DNA of 62,402 nt from Acanthaster planci (taxonomy: Eukaryota): assembly GCF_001949145.1 (NCBI RefSeq), contig NW_019091359.1, positions 640,997 to 703,398 of the forward strand. Reading direction: 5' to 3'. Below are positions 12,801 to 23,593 of the stretch, piece by piece (position 1 is the first letter of the stretch; each line of letters begins with the position of its first letter). The notes under the pieces are model-generated. The model was not told the origin of the DNA, searched no databases, and was given only the letters and a program-made list of their open reading frames with translations. A program made the position numbers and the translations under genes.

Positions 12801-15135
12801 TTTCTCTTGAAAACAAACTATTCAACTTGCCGAAATGTCTTTTACTTTGGATTTGTCTTGCACAAATTACTTTTACTTTTATACTCTGACGGTTGTGAGC
12901 ATTCAGTCAGCTTGCGGCAGAATGGTGGCAGCTCACACCCCTGTAGAATGTGTTACATACACATGTACATGTAATCAATGAGCCATTTTGTCGTTGCAAT
13001 AGCGCATGCAAAAAGCATATCAAATATCATTCAGGATCAGCAATATGCAGTTCAGCCTAATCAGCATAGCTGTGTGCAAACTCACACGGGCTAAACATGT
13101 TCTTGAAATACTGAATTGGCTTACTATCAGGGAAGTAGCAATGACTAGGTCATTCTTACATAACACTTCAATGCTAAATTTCTCCCTTAATGGTTACAGC
13201 TCTTGATTAACTGCTTTAACTCTAAAAGAGCCGGGCTTTTTGGCCTATCTCACAGCTGGGGGGCGGGGATTCTCCCCCCCCCGTAAGTAACTTGGCTGTG
13301 CATCTCAATTTTTTTTAAAAAATTTGGTACGCATGTAAAGATACGCCTTATCATTACAAATGTGAAGTTTGAACTCAGACATTTAGTTTTGTTGATACGG
13401 TCATTTGAAATTCAAGGCTACCTGCATGCCTGCCCGCGGGGCATTGAGCGCCACAGTGGAAAAAGTGTACATTTTGGGCTGACCTGTCTCCGAAAAATGC
13501 ACACTGCACAAGAACAGTATGTCTGATCTTCACAAAATTGGTATCAAAATAACCACGAAAAGTTACTTTCAAAACTCCTAACGGCTTAACTCCTGGAAGT
13601 GCCTGCGTCACTATCGGGGTGGATTCCAACCCCCCCCCAGCTCTTTTTAGGGTGAAGATTGTTTACATCTAAAGCCGAGTGGTACCAAGTGTCATATTTA
13701 TAAAAAAATCCTCTTTGATACTGTTTAAAATGATACTCAAACAATTAACATGTGTCACATTGCCAAAACCCCTGAATTTTTAACCGCTTCCTATACTTTA
13801 CCACTAAGTTGTAAGTACTAATATTTTTATACAAAGTTATGATTATAGATCCACATTTGGACTTTAATTGGGAGTCATCATCAATTTGCTGCTGTGCGTG
13901 TTTGATGGGATTGGTTGAATGTCATGATGGAACACCACTAACTGACAACGATGGCATGAATATTCAGCTTCCTATACTGCAGTACACAACGTTTTAGAGA
14001 TGCCGATTACCAACCAAAACTTGCGGCAATGATCACAAAGGGGACTTATGGTTGCAAAACAGGTGGTGCATAGCAAGCATGCGCTGCGCTCTGGCTAGGG
14101 ACATACCAGGCAATGCCAGGAAATGGTAATTGGCCAGATGTTAGAGCCCGGGCAGTTCAGACTCCTTCTGTGTCCTTCCTCGATGGAACCACTATGCCAA
14201 CCTGACTATATTATGATTATGATTAGATTAGATTGGATTGGATTGAATTGGATTGGGTTGGGTTGGGAATTTTATTGTCCGCATCATAAAGAATAAAGAA
14301 ATTTTGTTTCCATTGGCACATCCAAATATAAAAATAGGTACTTAAAAATAGACAACAATTTACAATATTTTACCTACAAGATAACCTACTAAAACAAATT
14401 AACTCAAATAAAAATTATTAACATACAAATAAAAACCTACCAGAAAAGCCAAAAACTCTTCCCGTGTAGGGGAGCTCCTTAATTAGATCCTTTAATTACG
14501 AACAGCTGATTTGTTAAATAAATGAGTTGGGAACAAAGAATTGCCTGTGTCGAGTTAGGTTTGTACAAGGCACACAAAGTCTAAAAACGGATCTATTAAA
14601 AACAAAACACTCCAAAAGTGGATGAGTTGGATCTGATAGAATGACATGTACCTTAGATATTACACGTTCCAAGTAGATATTGTTATTTGTTGGCAAGGTA
14701 AGACCTACCGAGCGTTGAGCCGTTTTACAAACACGCTCAAAACCTATCCCTGTTTTTTTGTAAAAGTGAACCATACACACCAATTATGTTAAAAGTAACA
14801 ATGTGATAGTGAATGTGATAGTCCCTGAGGGCAGTGCTTCATATGATCTACATTTGTATTGTTTTGTTTTCTTCAGTTCATTTAAGCGGCCTTTGTCAGA
14901 GGACTCAACCAATCAGCGTCCAGCTAAGCTTCCACGTAGCTCCTCTGCCAATCAGAGCTCCAGTATGCTGAGCTCGTCTTCTTGCTCCAGCTCTGCCTCT
15001 TCATTGGCTGGCAACCTGCGACGATCCCCACGCTTTAGGAACATGTCTTCCTCAGATGAAGAGTCTACTACCAGCTGTAGCTCACTGCAGAAAATGTTCA
15101 CACCCAGCAAGCAAAGCAGGTTTACAGCTGTGTGA
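700..15135 (+). CDS. CIT: Citron Rho-interacting kinase, 3' portion (15 coding exons; kinase domain lies upstream of the window)
   Basis: AG/GT-bounded, phase-compatible exons: 700-840, 1798-1962, 2268-2373, 2904-3212, 4438-4618, 5638-5720, 6056-6411, 6959-7100, 7541-7650, 8451-8576, 9377-9485, 9925-10056, 10749-10911, 12340-12564, 14877-15135 (TGA). Diagnostic peptides [24 protein letters not shown]1 domain [23 protein letters not shown] domain [28 protein letters not shown] domain [23 protein letters not shown], matching vertebrate citron kinase as I recall it. Confidence 0.95.
1798..1962 (+). CDS. CIT: CIT exon (coiled coil / Rho-binding region)
   Basis: [27 protein letters not shown]; cag/gtaagc boundaries. 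Confidence 0.92.
2268..2373 (+). CDS. CIT: CIT exon
   Basis: [29 protein letters not shown]; cag/gt boundaries. Confidence 0.88.
2904..3212 (+). CDS. CIT: CIT exon (start of C1 zinc finger)
   Basis: [42 protein letters not shown]; tag/gtgag boundaries. Confidence 0.92.
3280..4167. mobile_element. Non-autonomous DNA transposon (hAT-like MITE) in a CIT intron
   Basis: 14-bp TIRs CAGGGCTCGAAATT / AATTTTGAGCCCTG (1 mismatch), flanked on both sides by TACAT (3275-3279, 4168-4172). Confidence 0.8.
4438..4618 (+). CDS. CIT: CIT exon (end of C1, start of PH)
   Basis: [21 protein letters not shown]...LQSWMKIP. Confidence 0.92.
5638..5720 (+). CDS. CIT: CIT exon (PH domain)
   Basis: [24 protein letters not shown]; cag/gtaag boundaries. 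Confidence 0.92.
6056..6411 (+). CDS. CIT: CIT exon (PH domain, start of CNH)
   Basis: [20 protein letters not shown]...[25 protein letters not shown]...VDINCTL. Confidence 0.93.
6959..7100 (+). CDS. CIT: CIT exon (CNH)
   Basis: [13 protein letters not shown]...GIESVFQM; cag/gtaagt boundaries. Confidence 0.9.
7541..7650 (+). CDS. CIT: CIT exon (CNH)
   Basis: [11 protein letters not shown]...; cag/gtaagt boundaries. Confidence 0.88.
7795..7933. repeat. Imperfect palindrome / hairpin element in a CIT intron
   Basis: AATTGTTGCCTGC..GGGGTCCATGG..TTTTGTAC is mirrored by GTACAAAA..CCATGGACCCC..GCAGGCAACAATT around a GGCAAAGCC centre. Confidence 0.8.
8451..8576 (+). CDS. CIT: CIT exon (CNH)
   Basis: [29 protein letters not shown]...RK. 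Confidence 0.9.
9377..9485 (+). CDS. CIT: CIT exon (CNH), absent from ORF track
   Basis: [30 protein letters not shown]; tag/gtgag boundaries. Confidence 0.92.
9925..10056 (+). CDS. CIT: CIT exon (CNH)
   Basis: [15 protein letters not shown]...SFPIAVVQV...EYLLCFH. Confidence 0.92.
10749..10911 (+). CDS. CIT: CIT exon (CNH), absent from ORF track
   Basis: [44 protein letters not shown]. Confidence 0.94.
12340..12564 (+). CDS. CIT: CIT exon (end of CNH)
   Basis: [26 protein letters not shown]...LICLKG; tag/gtaag boundaries. Confidence 0.88.
13216..13656. mobile_element. MITE with TTAA-like ends (piggyBac-like) in a CIT intron
   Basis: TTAACTCTAAAAGAGC at left; GCTCTTTTTAGGGTGAA at right (imperfect TIR); both subterminal regions carry GGGG..GGATTC..CCCCCC motifs. 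Confidence 0.6.
14208..14268. repeat. Degenerate pentanucleotide microsatellite (GATTA/GATTG/GGTTG)n
   Basis: Visible directly; sits at the 3' end of the adjacent LINE fragment. Confidence 0.8.
14270..14790 (-). mobile_element. 3' fragment of a non-LTR retrotransposon (Rex1/L2/CR1-like ORF2 C-terminus)
   Basis: [34 protein letters not shown] resembles the conserved LINE ORF2 tail; ends in a microsatellite tail. Confidence 0.7.
14877..15135 (+). CDS. CIT: CIT terminal coding exon (Ser-rich tail ending FTAV*)
   Basis: Pyrimidine tract + cag acceptor, phase-compatible with the 12564 donor; stop TGA 15133-15135. Confidence 0.75.
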
Positions 15136-17765
15136 TGGACTGACTAGGATGAAAGCATGATGTACCAAACATCACAGGTTTCACTAGCATCCATCATAGG
15201 GGATATATGAAGGTGTACCAGTTGTTTATGAGTACAAACAACCTGTGCTGTACAGAAGAGGTATTCTACATTTAAATTGCATATGCATATCTTTGGTCCC
15301 TGACCATGCTCAGCAATTATGTAAATCCTCAGCTTGACTTCCATATTTTGACCAATCAGTATCCATGTATTACAGGCCTTCGTCAGAAAACTTCATGGCA
15401 AGTATAGGGAAAAGTGTTTTAATAGATCACATTGTATGGTCATGTGACACCTACTAACCAATCAACAGCTTTTGTAAATTTCTGCTCAAAATGGCATTGC
15501 CCAAAACTTTGAATGTTATCAGATACTGTTTAAGAGTGGTCACATGCTCCATTGAACAACAATTGACAGCCTTACTGACTTACTGTAAGTAAGTTACTGA
15601 TGTAAATATTAAAATGGCCAATATACCCGTGATTGCACTGCTGCCTAACACAGTCAGAGATAACTTACAGGCACTATATCATGCATACATTATGTCGCTA
15701 TACATACAGATATTGCATTGCTTGTGGAAAGGAAATGAGATGCATTTAATGGCAAAAATCTGTGGAAATTGACAATTTGAAGTGGATTTCACGAGAACCA
15801 CACTTTGTATATGTATGTATTTGATAACCATAGGTTTGCCCTGTACTAGCACTTTGATTCCTATTCAGTAGATTGCATAGTAGCGCCACTATAGTAAGGC
15901 AGTGTTATTTCCATGCGATTGCTTTTACATGATGTACCAGTAATGTGAGAGCTATTTTGATTTTTAAAAACATTTTACTTGCATTCTGAAAACAACTTGA
16001 GTTTTGCTTTATAATTTTAGTGTTTCTTTTACTTGACTGCGCTTGTGTGAACATGCATGAATGGTACCATATGCTCAGAAAACCTGGCACGAAAAAGTCC
16101 AAGTACTTCTTCCGTGCTAGAATGGGTTCAATATTTGCATTAGAAGAGCACAATCCCCTCCTATCGTAGCAGTTGTATATGTATTGATATAAATAATGCA
16201 ATTATTAAATGGCACTCAATGATTAAACTAAGATATGCATTTTCAATAAGATTATTTGACGTGACATCTTCAAAACTAGTCTAGTAGATTCCAAACCAAA
16301 ATGCCCTTTGACCTGGGCAGTAAAAGCTGTGGGTTTTTTGGTTTGTTCTTTTTTTTAAATGATTATTATTGTTTTTTTTAACTGGTAAAAGTGTTTGAAT
16401 GCTTTCTTCCTGGTGAGTGTGTTCAGAGAAATCAATATATGGGAAAGTGCTTAGAAGATAACTTTGAAATGCTGGTTTTGAATGCAATTTTATTTCTTTA
16501 CAGTTTGATAAAAGCCAAGGTTCAGACCATTGTTGGTAACCGCCTTTTCAAGTTTAAACCACACACTTGGAATGGTTTCAACACACTATTACCCCTTCAG
16601 GTTTGAGAAAATAAGGTCTTGCAAAATACCACCATATAAATTGTAAAAATGTTATTTGAAGCTCACTCTCCACTTTGTCAAGAATTCAATCCTTATTACA
16701 GTGTGAGCTTGCTGTGGAAAAAGTATTATTTTTGTAATATGCATATGGCCAATGGAACATCACTCAATCAAACTTCTTTTCTTTTACCAAATGGAACATT
16801 AAAAACCACTCAAGGAACTTCTAGTTACAGTTGTGGTTCTTACCAGTATGTATTTGAGTTCTTACCAAACGTTGAGGTGTATGTTTTAATGAAGAAGTTT
16901 CTGACGGGTCCATATCTGGGGCCCCTTACCCAAGGAAGAATCTTTATTACATGGAGTTGGGAGGAATTGCTGACCATGCACTTTTTGCTGTTCTGTTTTC
17001 TGTGGCTGATTGTGCATTTCTTCGTTTGAGTTAGAGTGTACATTCACCCTCGGCGGCCTCCACTTGTGATATAGACGCCACAGGACCATTTCTATCGAGA
17101 ACTTCACCAGGATTCTCATGATAATTGTGGAATTCCAACTGAACTTTGCTCACATCATGCTTAGTGCCCAGTGAACCACTGCAACTTCACAATGGCTATT
17201 TATCTACGTAAGCTGCTATTGCTGGTCACACCCCTATTCATCAGCCATGACTACATTCAATTTAATTTGAGCGCTTGAGGTTCAAAATCGGAGACTGATT
17301 TTGGAGACGAAGCCTCCGGCAGGTGAATTTGCCAATAGTTTTGATTTAAATTAGGCACCCTCCAAATCACGAATGATCTTGTATAGTTTTGACTGCAATC
17401 TGGCCATCAATGCGTATAAATGTCTGAGGTCTCACTTCTCAGGGGGTAGGGAGACAAACTTGCCTGTAGGGGGACAGATTTAACTTGGTAAATGTGCCCC
17501 CCAAACACTTTTAATGGAGTGCAATCTGGAGTACACCCCCACTGTGTAACGCGGAGAGCTTTAATGCAGAAAGCTATCATCCTACATTAAATTAAACTGT
17601 TCTAAAGTTTCCTGTTTAGTTAGGCTTTATGCAGAAGCAGGAAAAAACGGATCGCAAGAATGAAACATTCCTGGGCTCCTTACAACAACTGATTAGTACG
17701 ATTAAACAAGATTTTTGTGTGACTACATGCAAAAGTATGATAAACTACCTGGGAAAGATTCTTGA

Positions 17766-19311
17766 TCAGTCACCATTGCACAGGTGTAAAATTCGTTCGG
17801 CAACGAGAATAACGACAGCCATGCCAGAAACTCCTCCCAACATCAAGAAACATGCGTCGTAACTGCCAGTGGCATCGTAAACGATACCTGCATTGAGAGG
17901 ACATCAGAAATATATATGCCCAATATAGGTTTCCACAGTTATTTTAATACCAGTATTACACAAATTCTCTAGAATGACCTTTAATTTGGTCCCTGAACAT
18001 CGTCGATAGCGATTCCTAATTTCAAAAAGTCCCAAAAATATTTCATTCGATATTTACTAAAATTCAAATGTGTAGCATTCTAAATCGGCGTTGTTAAAGA
18101 ATTTTATTTATGTCAGTACGTTGATCATTTAAATTAAGATCCATTCTTTGTATTTCCTGGCTCACAAAGGTTTAATAATATCCTGCACTTTCTTGTTGCT
18201 GTTAAAGAGAAGAGATTGAGGCTGAAAACGATGACGTTCGTGATTTAATACAAGGAATTCCAAATAAAGATCAGTATGCACTATCTTCCTATGGTTTCTT
18301 ACAACAATTTTGTTTATGCAGCAAACTGTTAGACTGTTAGGCCTAATTTTCACATTAGAATCGATTACAATCAAAACAATAATTAAGGTTCTTTGGCTTA
18401 TTTACCCAAACGAAAATTGTGTACACTAGTCCAATCTTGATTTTTTTGTGCTAATGTAAGGGTAAAGAATGGAAAAGCAAGTACATGTACCTGCAACCCC
18501 CCCACCAGCCAGCTCTCCAACAGAAAAGAAAACAAGCAGTGTCCCCCATCCTTGAACGCAAAGATCTTCAGTCAAGACTTGCTGTGCCACTAGGATAAAT
18601 AGCATGGCCAACGTCGGAATACAAAGGCCATTGAAAAAAAAACAAGACACACGAGTCCCGGGTAGTTGCCAGAGACTAAAGGGTCAAGTACGAACGCAAG
18701 TACATTGATAAAAGCAAGGAGGGTGTAAAGCTGAACCGCTGTGACCCATCCAGGATGCATAACAAGTCCTTGCATTTTCCGGCCGACTACAGTTCCTACC
18801 CCGCCCGCGGAGGATAGGAAGCTTGCTTGCTGGTTAGCAATACCTCTCGCAATAGCATGAGGAACCAGATAGATCATCCAAGAGCTGTACATGATGCCAA
18901 CCAGAAAGCTAACGAAGGCTTGGATAGCAAATTTCGGTTCATACCAAAGCACGTCCAAGGCCAAGACCCGACAAATACCCTTGACAACGAACGTGATGCC
19001 TTTCCACACTTTGTTTTCGTCGTCATGACTTTTGCTTTTGCTTGATCCTTCATTCTCCAGAGCCGTGTAGGCCGCTGGAGCTTGCTTGATGAGAGCACCA
19101 AGAACACAAATCTGAGCGTTCAGAGCTGAAAATAACAACATTGCTCCACGCCAACCGTAGATTTCGATCAGGAATTCCGCAAGGGGTGGGCATATCATCA
19201 TTCCTACACCAGCTCCCGTTCCGACTATGCCCAAAGGAAGAGCTGATTTGGTTCGAAAATATGGAAGTATCGAAACAATAGGAGGTCCGTAGCTCATGGC
19301 ACTACCAGTTC
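17766..19311 (-). CDS. MFS monocarboxylate transporter (SLC16/MCT family), last two exons: 18491-19311 and 17766-17887; apparent frameshift in an A9 run at 18634-18642
   Basis: Multi-TM protein with GVGMMICPPLAEFLIEIYGWRGAMLLFSALNAQICVLGAL and terminal GIVYDATGSYDACF; AG/GT boundaries. The 821-bp exon is one base off phase. No 5' exons recognised in the window. Confidence 0.88.
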
Positions 19312-20489
19312 CTGTCAAGACAAGAATACAAAAAAAGACAAGAATAAACAAAACCAAAACAAAAGACTAAAAGAGCAACAAACATTAGTAAATACTCTCA
19401 AAATGTTTGCATCACGGAAATAGTGGGTTTCTTCTGACTGCATGAAAAACGAAAACTTCGAAATCCATACAAAAATTTTACCTTTGCCTTCAAACTGAAC
19501 CTATTTGACTTTGAGGTATTTTTAACGTGATCTGGGACCCATTTTTAGTTTCAACGATGTTTAATTCTATAACAATTCCAGAGCATCGGGGCATTTTAGT
19601 GTTCATTGACATCACAAGAATCTGTTAATTAATCGAGAATCCCCTATTGTGTGTTTTAATTGTATAAAGTTGGTCGTAAATACTTGGTGTTTCGAATGTT
19701 GCAGCAGTTCCAATATTTTGGAGTGGTATTTAGGTAACATTTTCTTTCAAAACCGTACTGTGATTGACACTGCAATAATACCGATATTTTCTACGGGTGA
19801 GCAGCGACATTTTGGAAGTGCAGGCTACTGCGTTTGTTTAAGAGAGTGATTCCTTTGTTGTGCGGGAGTCAAGGGACTGTTGAAGTGTTCAGCCAAATGA
19901 CAAGGAAAACTGCTTGAGACCTGAAAATCAAATCTGTCAGTTGAGCCTGCCGCACGTGTATTGCCTGGTATAGAGCGCGAAGTATGTATGACACTTTACA
20001 CCGTACCCGCGGGTACCAGTCCCAGGCCACACTTTCTCTGCATGCACGATGTTCATGTACAAGCCACAACTTTTCACCGAGTTCATGTTCATGTTGTTCA
20101 TGATGTTCATGTACAAGCCACAACTTTTCACCGAGTGAATTGTTTTTTCATGACTGGCTAGAATGAAAGTTTGCAGAAAGGACTTTTTCACCACAAATCA
20201 CAACGGTGTTGATTGAATAGGAACACATCATTTACGCTTTTCTTTTCGCAAAAACAGGGGTTGATAAACAGGAGGGAAGTGTATCTGTATAAAGTTACAC
20301 AAATGGCCTGTTGTCCATCTTTGAAGACAGTATCGAATAAAATATTAACCGAAAGTTTTTCTCTTTGTTTGAAATACACAAGTTAGTTGGGGGTAGTTTT
20401 CTTGAAAGCAAAAACGTTTGAAGGCTCCCCTGTTCTCTACTGATACCTCCACGAGATGTTCATCACTGCTTCCATCTATTTTGATTAAA

Positions 20490-23400
20490 TTAACTCTTTC
20501 GTTTTGTGTCTAACGGCGACAGGCTCAATTTGTTTTGCGTTATCGTACGCACTTGATGTCTATTGGATCTAAACGACTGTTGTTTAAAATAGCTTTGGCA
20601 CTGTTCAAACAGGCAATTTTTATAATTTTCGAGCGACAGTTCTTTTTCGTCACGACTTTCGTAACCCCTTTAGCTTCTTCAAAATTTGATCTTCCGTCAA
20701 AAGGAATACATTTTGGGATGTAAGCAGATGGCTTCCGACACGGGTATGCCGCCGAATTCGTCTTTCATCTTACCGATGACTTTTTTGCTTTTGGCGTTGT
20801 ATAACGTGTGATCCGTCGGATAACTACTCAAATCGAATTGATCTTTATTTCGATTGATGTATGCATATATGTCGTCGGTTTCGACATGTATCAACAACGA
20901 ATCTGTACCAGTGTACATCAACTTCATTTTGTCTCCAAAATCTCATTTCAACGTATTATAAAAAAATTATACATTAACGTTTTGGACAAATCCAAGATGT
21001 AAATGCCGCAATAGATGGGTTTGTTCAGATTCGTTATTTTGTACATGTCAACAAACGAGAGATCGCACCCGGAGAACACCGTCGTTGTTTTTGTAATTCG
21101 GTTGGCTGGACAATTTTGTAAAACGTTTGGTATCTACATTTCGCAAAAGATGAAAGGTTAACTCGTTCGCGCTGATTCTCCATCGTTTTGCCAAGTACCG
21201 AATTGTTCATCAACTTGAAGAAATCTTTTTCAAATTTGAATCACCACGTTTTCGCAATTCCGTGTTTTTGTCGATGTAGCTTTTCATCCAAGGCGCTTGA
21301 CTGAAAGACATAACGCGATGAACTTCTTTTAGTTGGAGTGCCAATTTTAACGAGAGCTGCAAGGTTCGATAATGTAATTTATATTTTGTTTTGGATGTAA
21401 CGTGGCCACGAGTTTGTTTACCGAATCAGTTTTTAACAAGTTTTGATCAATCAATTCTTTTTGATAGTCAGACATCCATTCATTTGGAATCGGAATGTTC
21501 TCGGGCGCCAGAGGGAAACTGTTGTATAAATCATGTAAGTGTTCAGGATAAGCAAGCGTTACTTCGAACATGTATAGCCAGTTTTAGAGTATGGCCAAAG
21601 CTTTCGAATATACTCAGAAGTAAACTAGTCTAAGTTTTGTTTCCACTGAAAGTTTCCAACGGGCAAATATTGGCTCATGGTCAACCCGTATAACTTATTT
21701 TCATCGAGGTACTCTATATACGACGTTCGTTTTTCTGGGTCGTAATCGAGTAAATATTTGTTATTTGCTTTTGCGTAACGAACGCCTCCTACGCTCAAAA
21801 TGCCGCCGCGTTTGGCACATTCAAAAAATAGATGTTTATCAATATCAGTCAAAAGTTCGAGTTTAACGCTTGAATGTTCAACAACACGTCCCCAGCGAGG
21901 CTGGTGGGCAATGTGTAATAATTGGCGGGGTCTAAACCGCAATCTGTTTTGCAGACTTTCCGAAAGTTTTCAAAGACGTAGGCGAGTAATAACGCGTCCA
22001 ATTCGACGTACAAATCGTAAAAGTCGCCTAGAGTTTTACATCCAAAGACTTGCTAGACCCGTTGAGCTCCTGCGTAAGCTTTTTTGGATATATGTTCTTG
22101 TTTGAGACAACTATAAAATGCTTCTCGCGGCGGTAATTGCGACTCGTTGAATTTTTCAAATGAGTCCATGTACTCGTACGGATAAACACCTTTTTCAAAA
22201 AGCAGTTCTGTGTTTTGCGGGACATGTTTTTGAAGTAATTTAAAAGCTTTACAGGACAAGCTTTCACAAGGGCATCGAGCGAATAACCTATAAAATTAAA
22301 CGAATCTAAAAACTTGAGTTGACCCACCGACAAAAAGGAAATGTATTTTTCCGAATTTTGGGGGATACAAACCAGTTTGTCGCTGCTCGACGCGGAAAGT
22401 CCTTGCATAGTTAAATGCGCGTCGTAATTTTCTAAATTGTGTAAAAATACCGGAATGACAGTCTTGTCTGGAATGATTTTCAGTTGTAGGTTGCACCAAT
22501 TGTGCGCCGCTCCTCTGTACTCACCGGCGATGTGGCAATGATCGCGAACTTTACGGAAATAGTAGATTGGCTTTTCGCATTTCATACAGCAGTATTCGGT
22601 AAAGTCGTTGTCTTTTACCTTTTGAAATGCTATCTTTTCGGCTTTGGTTTTCGAGGTTCCCGGATTAATACAATGGCATTGATCATATATTGAAGGCCGT
22701 ATCGGTTTCTCACAAATCCAACAAGTGGCACAAGCGTCATGTTGTTTTTGTAATTCAGAGTTCCATTGAAGCGCTTTAGGTTTGGAAAACACGTCGTCGA
22801 TTTTGCGTTGTTCTTTCAAGAGAGCGTTTATAAACAAAGTAGTGGCGTCCGTTCCTCGATATGTTTTATGTTTGACACAGACGCCGTCGCATCGAATTAC
22901 AAAGTACGAATAACCAGATGGCTGGTGATGTTGAGTTTTAACTGTATTCCCTTCTTGGTGTGGTAAGAGTTCTACAACAGATTCGAAATCGGCGTATGTG
23001 ACAAATGGTGCAGGTTGTTTATATTAATGATTTATAAATTTAAGAATGTTTTGATCTTTGTCTTCTTTGGGTAGCACGACTTTAGAAGGTGGAACGTCTA
23101 ATCCCTGACAATCTTCTTTATGTGGAGCTAACTTTTCAGCGGTTCTAAAATGCGATTCGCATCTAAAGCATGGATAAATTTTATGACCGTTTTTATTTAT
23201 AACGCTCGAAGTGAGTTAGACATATGTTTAATCCAACAGTAATGTTCCGTATGACCGTTTGCAAATAATAATAGATTGATGTGCCTATCGTTTGATACAT
23301 GTTGGAATGATATAGAATAGGAAATGATCCGTTTTTTTTCTGTCGTAACCGTACAAGTTAATCGACAAGTTGTTTTGCGCTTCCATATTTGGAATTTGCG

Positions 23401-23593
23401 ACTTAGGCGTGGGAGAGTCTATACCCGTGAAATCTAACTCGTCGTTATAGTTCGATCTTTGAGAATTTTATAATTTGGATTTATGCCGATTAGACGTTTG
23501 ACACCAGTCGTACAAAGTCCAAGAGCCGCGCATATTGCCCAACGTATGCATTCGCAATCGTTATTTTTAATATTTACGACCGCCTTCTTAATT
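20490..23593 (-). pseudogene. Polinton/Maverick segment P1: degraded protein-primed DNA polymerase B with EndoVII/HNH-like insert
   Basis: Motifs in order across several frames: KKAVVNIKNND, YADFES, DHCHIAGEYRGAAHNWCN, FLHNLENYDAHL, KFLDSFNF, KGVYPYEYMDS, KRGG, YLDENKLYG, FPLAPE, KLMNNS..GKTMEN, YTGTDSL, GKMKDE, AKGV. Many frameshifts and stops. Confidence 0.92.

Noticed and set aside
20048..20136. 35-bp direct duplication giving HEHHEQHEHE-type ORFs
   Set aside because: Only two copies; simple local duplication with no coding support.
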